Below are positions 47,583 through 49,219 of a DNA stretch of 49,219 nt, one piece after another. Source of the DNA: Dehalococcoidia bacterium UBA2979 (lineage in GTDB: Bacteria > Chloroflexota > Dehalococcoidia > UBA2979). The translations under genes were made by a program, and so were the position numbers. Below the pieces are notes generated by a model, which ran no database searches, was not told the DNA's origin, and saw only the letters and a list, made by a program, of their open reading frames with translations. The number at the start of each line of letters is the position of its first letter. Positions within the stretch are counted from its first letter, which is position 1. The stretch spans positions 1 through 49,219 of the forward strand of contig DEAP01000012.1 in assembly GCA_002348225.1 (NCBI GenBank), given 5' to 3'.

Positions 47583-48743
47583 ATGGTAGTTAGGTCTAAC
47601 ATCCTACCAATGCGGATTGTTTATGTGTCCCCGTATGATTGGGCAGTGCCAGGAGGCGTGAATCGTCACATCGAGGTATTGGCGGATCTGATGACCGCAC
47701 TCGGTCATGAGGTGACAATAATTGCGCCGGCCAGTGCTCCGGTTACTACTACTAACGTGCAAGTGGTTGCAGACACTGTCAGTTTGCCTGCTTCCGGTTC
47801 TCAAGTGAGAATCGCGATCGATCCTCGGATCAAACGTAGAATTAATAATATTTTTGCAGATAATCAATTTGATATTGTGCATCTGCACGAACCCTTTATG
47901 CCCGTCATACCGCTTATCGCTCTCAGAGCATCCCGCCGATATAACCCAGGGGCATCGAACGTTGCGACCTTCCATGCCACTAGAGAGAGTGGGAATCCCT
48001 TATATCAGATAGGCAAATATTTTTTGACAAGGTCCTTTGATGCATTAGATGGCAGAATTGCAGTATCACCGACGGCACAGAAATATATCCAGCGATATTT
48101 CAATGGCTCCACCAGAATTATTCCAAATGGTATCGATATAAATCATTGGGACGACGTGAACCTCGATCCGATCTTCAGCCTTTTGAAAGATAAGAAGATC
48201 AATATTCTCTACGTCGGACGTGCGGAAAAGAGAAAAGGGTTGGAAGTTCTGCTAGAGGCATTTGAGACGATTTGCACTCAACGGGATGATCTTCGGCTAG
48301 TTGTTGTTGGTCCTGATTCGTCGAATCGTCGCCGTTACCAAGCGAATATGAGTGGCGCGTTGGCTGGCAATACGACCTGGGTGACAAATCCCACCTATAC
48401 GGAGTTGCCTCGATATCACAGAAGTTGCGACATTTTCGTATCACCGGCCACTGGTAATGAGAGTCAGGGTTACGTTCTGATGGAAGCGATGGCAGCTGGG
48501 CTACCAATCATTGCATCTGATATTTCTGGTTACTCGCATGTGGTTAGACATGGTAAAGAAGGGCTCTTGGTTTCACCGAATGATTCTGCAGACCTAGCAC
48601 GTGCAATCATTCAAATGGCAGATGACCCCAGCTTAAGGAAATCGCTAGCTAATTATGGAGAGGAAAGAGTAAAAGCCTATTCTTGGCCGACGATATCTGC
48701 TGAGCTGATTGATTTTTATAGAGAGTTGATTAGAGCAAGGTAA
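47583..48743 (+). CDS. GT4 glycosyltransferase, PimA-like (phosphatidyl-myo-inositol mannosyltransferase)
   Basis: VSPYDWAVPGGV..HI, HLHEP..P, ATFH, RIAVS, IIPNGID, KRKGL, ESQGYVLMEAMAAG. Confidence 0.85.
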   Translation: MVVRSNILPMRIVYVSPYDWAVPGGVNRHIEVLADLMTALGHEVTIIAPASAPVTTTNVQVVADTVSLPASGSQVRIAIDPRIKRRINNIFADNQFDIVHLHEPFMPVIPLIALRASRRYNPGASNVATFHATRESGNPLYQIGKYFLTRSFDALDGRIAVSPTAQKYIQRYFNGSTRIIPNGIDINHWDDVNLDPIFSLLKDKKINILYVGRAEKRKGLEVLLEAFETICTQRDDLRLVVVGPDSSNRRRYQANMSGALAGNTTWVTNPTYTELPRYHRSCDIFVSPATGNESQGYVLMEAMAAGLPIIASDISGYSHVVRHGKEGLLVSPNDSADLARAIIQMADDPSLRKSLANYGEERVKAYSWPTISAELIDFYRELIRAR

Positions 48744-48758
48744 TTTGGGCTCGACTGA

Positions 48759-49219
48759 TTACCGTGGAATTACGAGACCACTGCTGGTTTCCTCAAATCC
48801 GGACTCCTGTGTATTTGGGTTTGCATTAGCATCAGCGGCGAGTCGCAACGCCTCATCTTCGCTGATATAGGGTCCGGAGATCACCTGTTCTCGAACGACT
48901 GTGACATCTTCGTTCTGCGCAATATGTAAAATTTGTTGCAGTAAGTCTTCTAGAGTCCACATTCCAACGAATCTTTTTCCGTTAATGGTTACTAGCGGCA
49001 CTTCGTCAATCAGTTTGTTTTGGGCGGCAATAGGATATTCAGCGATCTCAGTAATAGTTACGCTTATAGACTTTGTTGCCGCTCCGGCAATTCCAAAGAG
49101 TCCGTATTGTTGCGCTGATTGGGTATCGTACGGTGTCACATAGAGCTCAACTGACACGGCATCTTTGTTGTCGGATATTTCTTCGAGCTGTTCCACTAGG
49201 TGACGTACTTCATCGTCAA
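48759..49219 (-). CDS. Thioredoxin-fold protein (PDO/AhpF-N-like domain) lacking CxxC; 5' end lies outside the window
   Basis: VELYVTP(YDTQS)…ITEIAEYP.AA…VP.VTING resembles FVTPxCPYC…E..EFP.LA….VP…IN. The frame is open to the window edge. Confidence 0.6.
   Translation of the reverse strand, partial: DDEVRHLVEQLEEISDNKDAVSVELYVTPYDTQSAQQYGLFGIAGAATKSISVTITEIAEYPIAAQNKLIDEVPLVTINGKRFVGMWTLEDLLQQILHIAQNEDVTVVREQVISGPYISEDEALRLAADANANPNTQESGFEETSSGLVIPR

Noticed and set aside
105-49143. The many 60-165-aa antisense or alternate-frame ORFs in the track (e.g. 36819-37316, 41152-41613, 42481-42786)
   Set aside because: They lie within confidently identified genes and show no family motifs, so they are treated as shadow ORFs.
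1-49219. CRISPR arrays, IS elements, integrases, rRNA or tRNA genes
   Set aside because: No spaced direct repeats, transposase or integrase motifs, or cloverleaf structures were seen, and intergenic gaps are all about 250 bp or shorter.

Overview
A gene-dense bacterial chromosomal window of about 50% GC. The protein signatures (short IF-2, long acidic NusA tail, class F-like sortase, tandem-fused CaiB CoA-transferase) suggest Chloroflexota, probably Dehalococcoidia/SAR202-like; this is inference only. I found no rRNA, tRNA, CRISPR array, IS element or prophage gene. Housekeeping blocks are purH/purM/purF, folK, rnhA-coaX-coaBC, tsaD, phoU with pstSCAB, proS, nusA-infB-rbfA-truB and HU. Three blocks deserve a closer look. 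(1) 10.9-17.9 kb is a sulfur-relay cluster: a ThrC-like PLP enzyme, a NIL protein, three MoaD/CysO-type sulfur carriers (two with residues masking the C-terminal GG), CymR-like Rrf2, CysK, a rhodanese-less MoeB, CysM and a JAMM peptidase. It is preceded by a 22-aa leader ORF and hairpin that the ORF track does not list. (2) 0.1-4.3 kb has a MOSC/mARC-type molybdoprotein coupled to an orphan NuoEF diaphorase, divergent from menG and a truncated haemoglobin fused to a Cys4 domain. (3) 42.8-48.7 kb has LysR, ino1, two PatA-like acyltransferases, a PHP phosphoesterase and a PimA-like GT4, a putative inositol-mannoside lipid pathway with no PI(P) synthase gene in the window. Smaller observations: probable CUG start codons for rbfA and a CoA-binding protein, several apparently leaderless promoters, and a MutY homologue lacking its catalytic Glu. 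All calls come from reading motifs by eye; no database searches were run.
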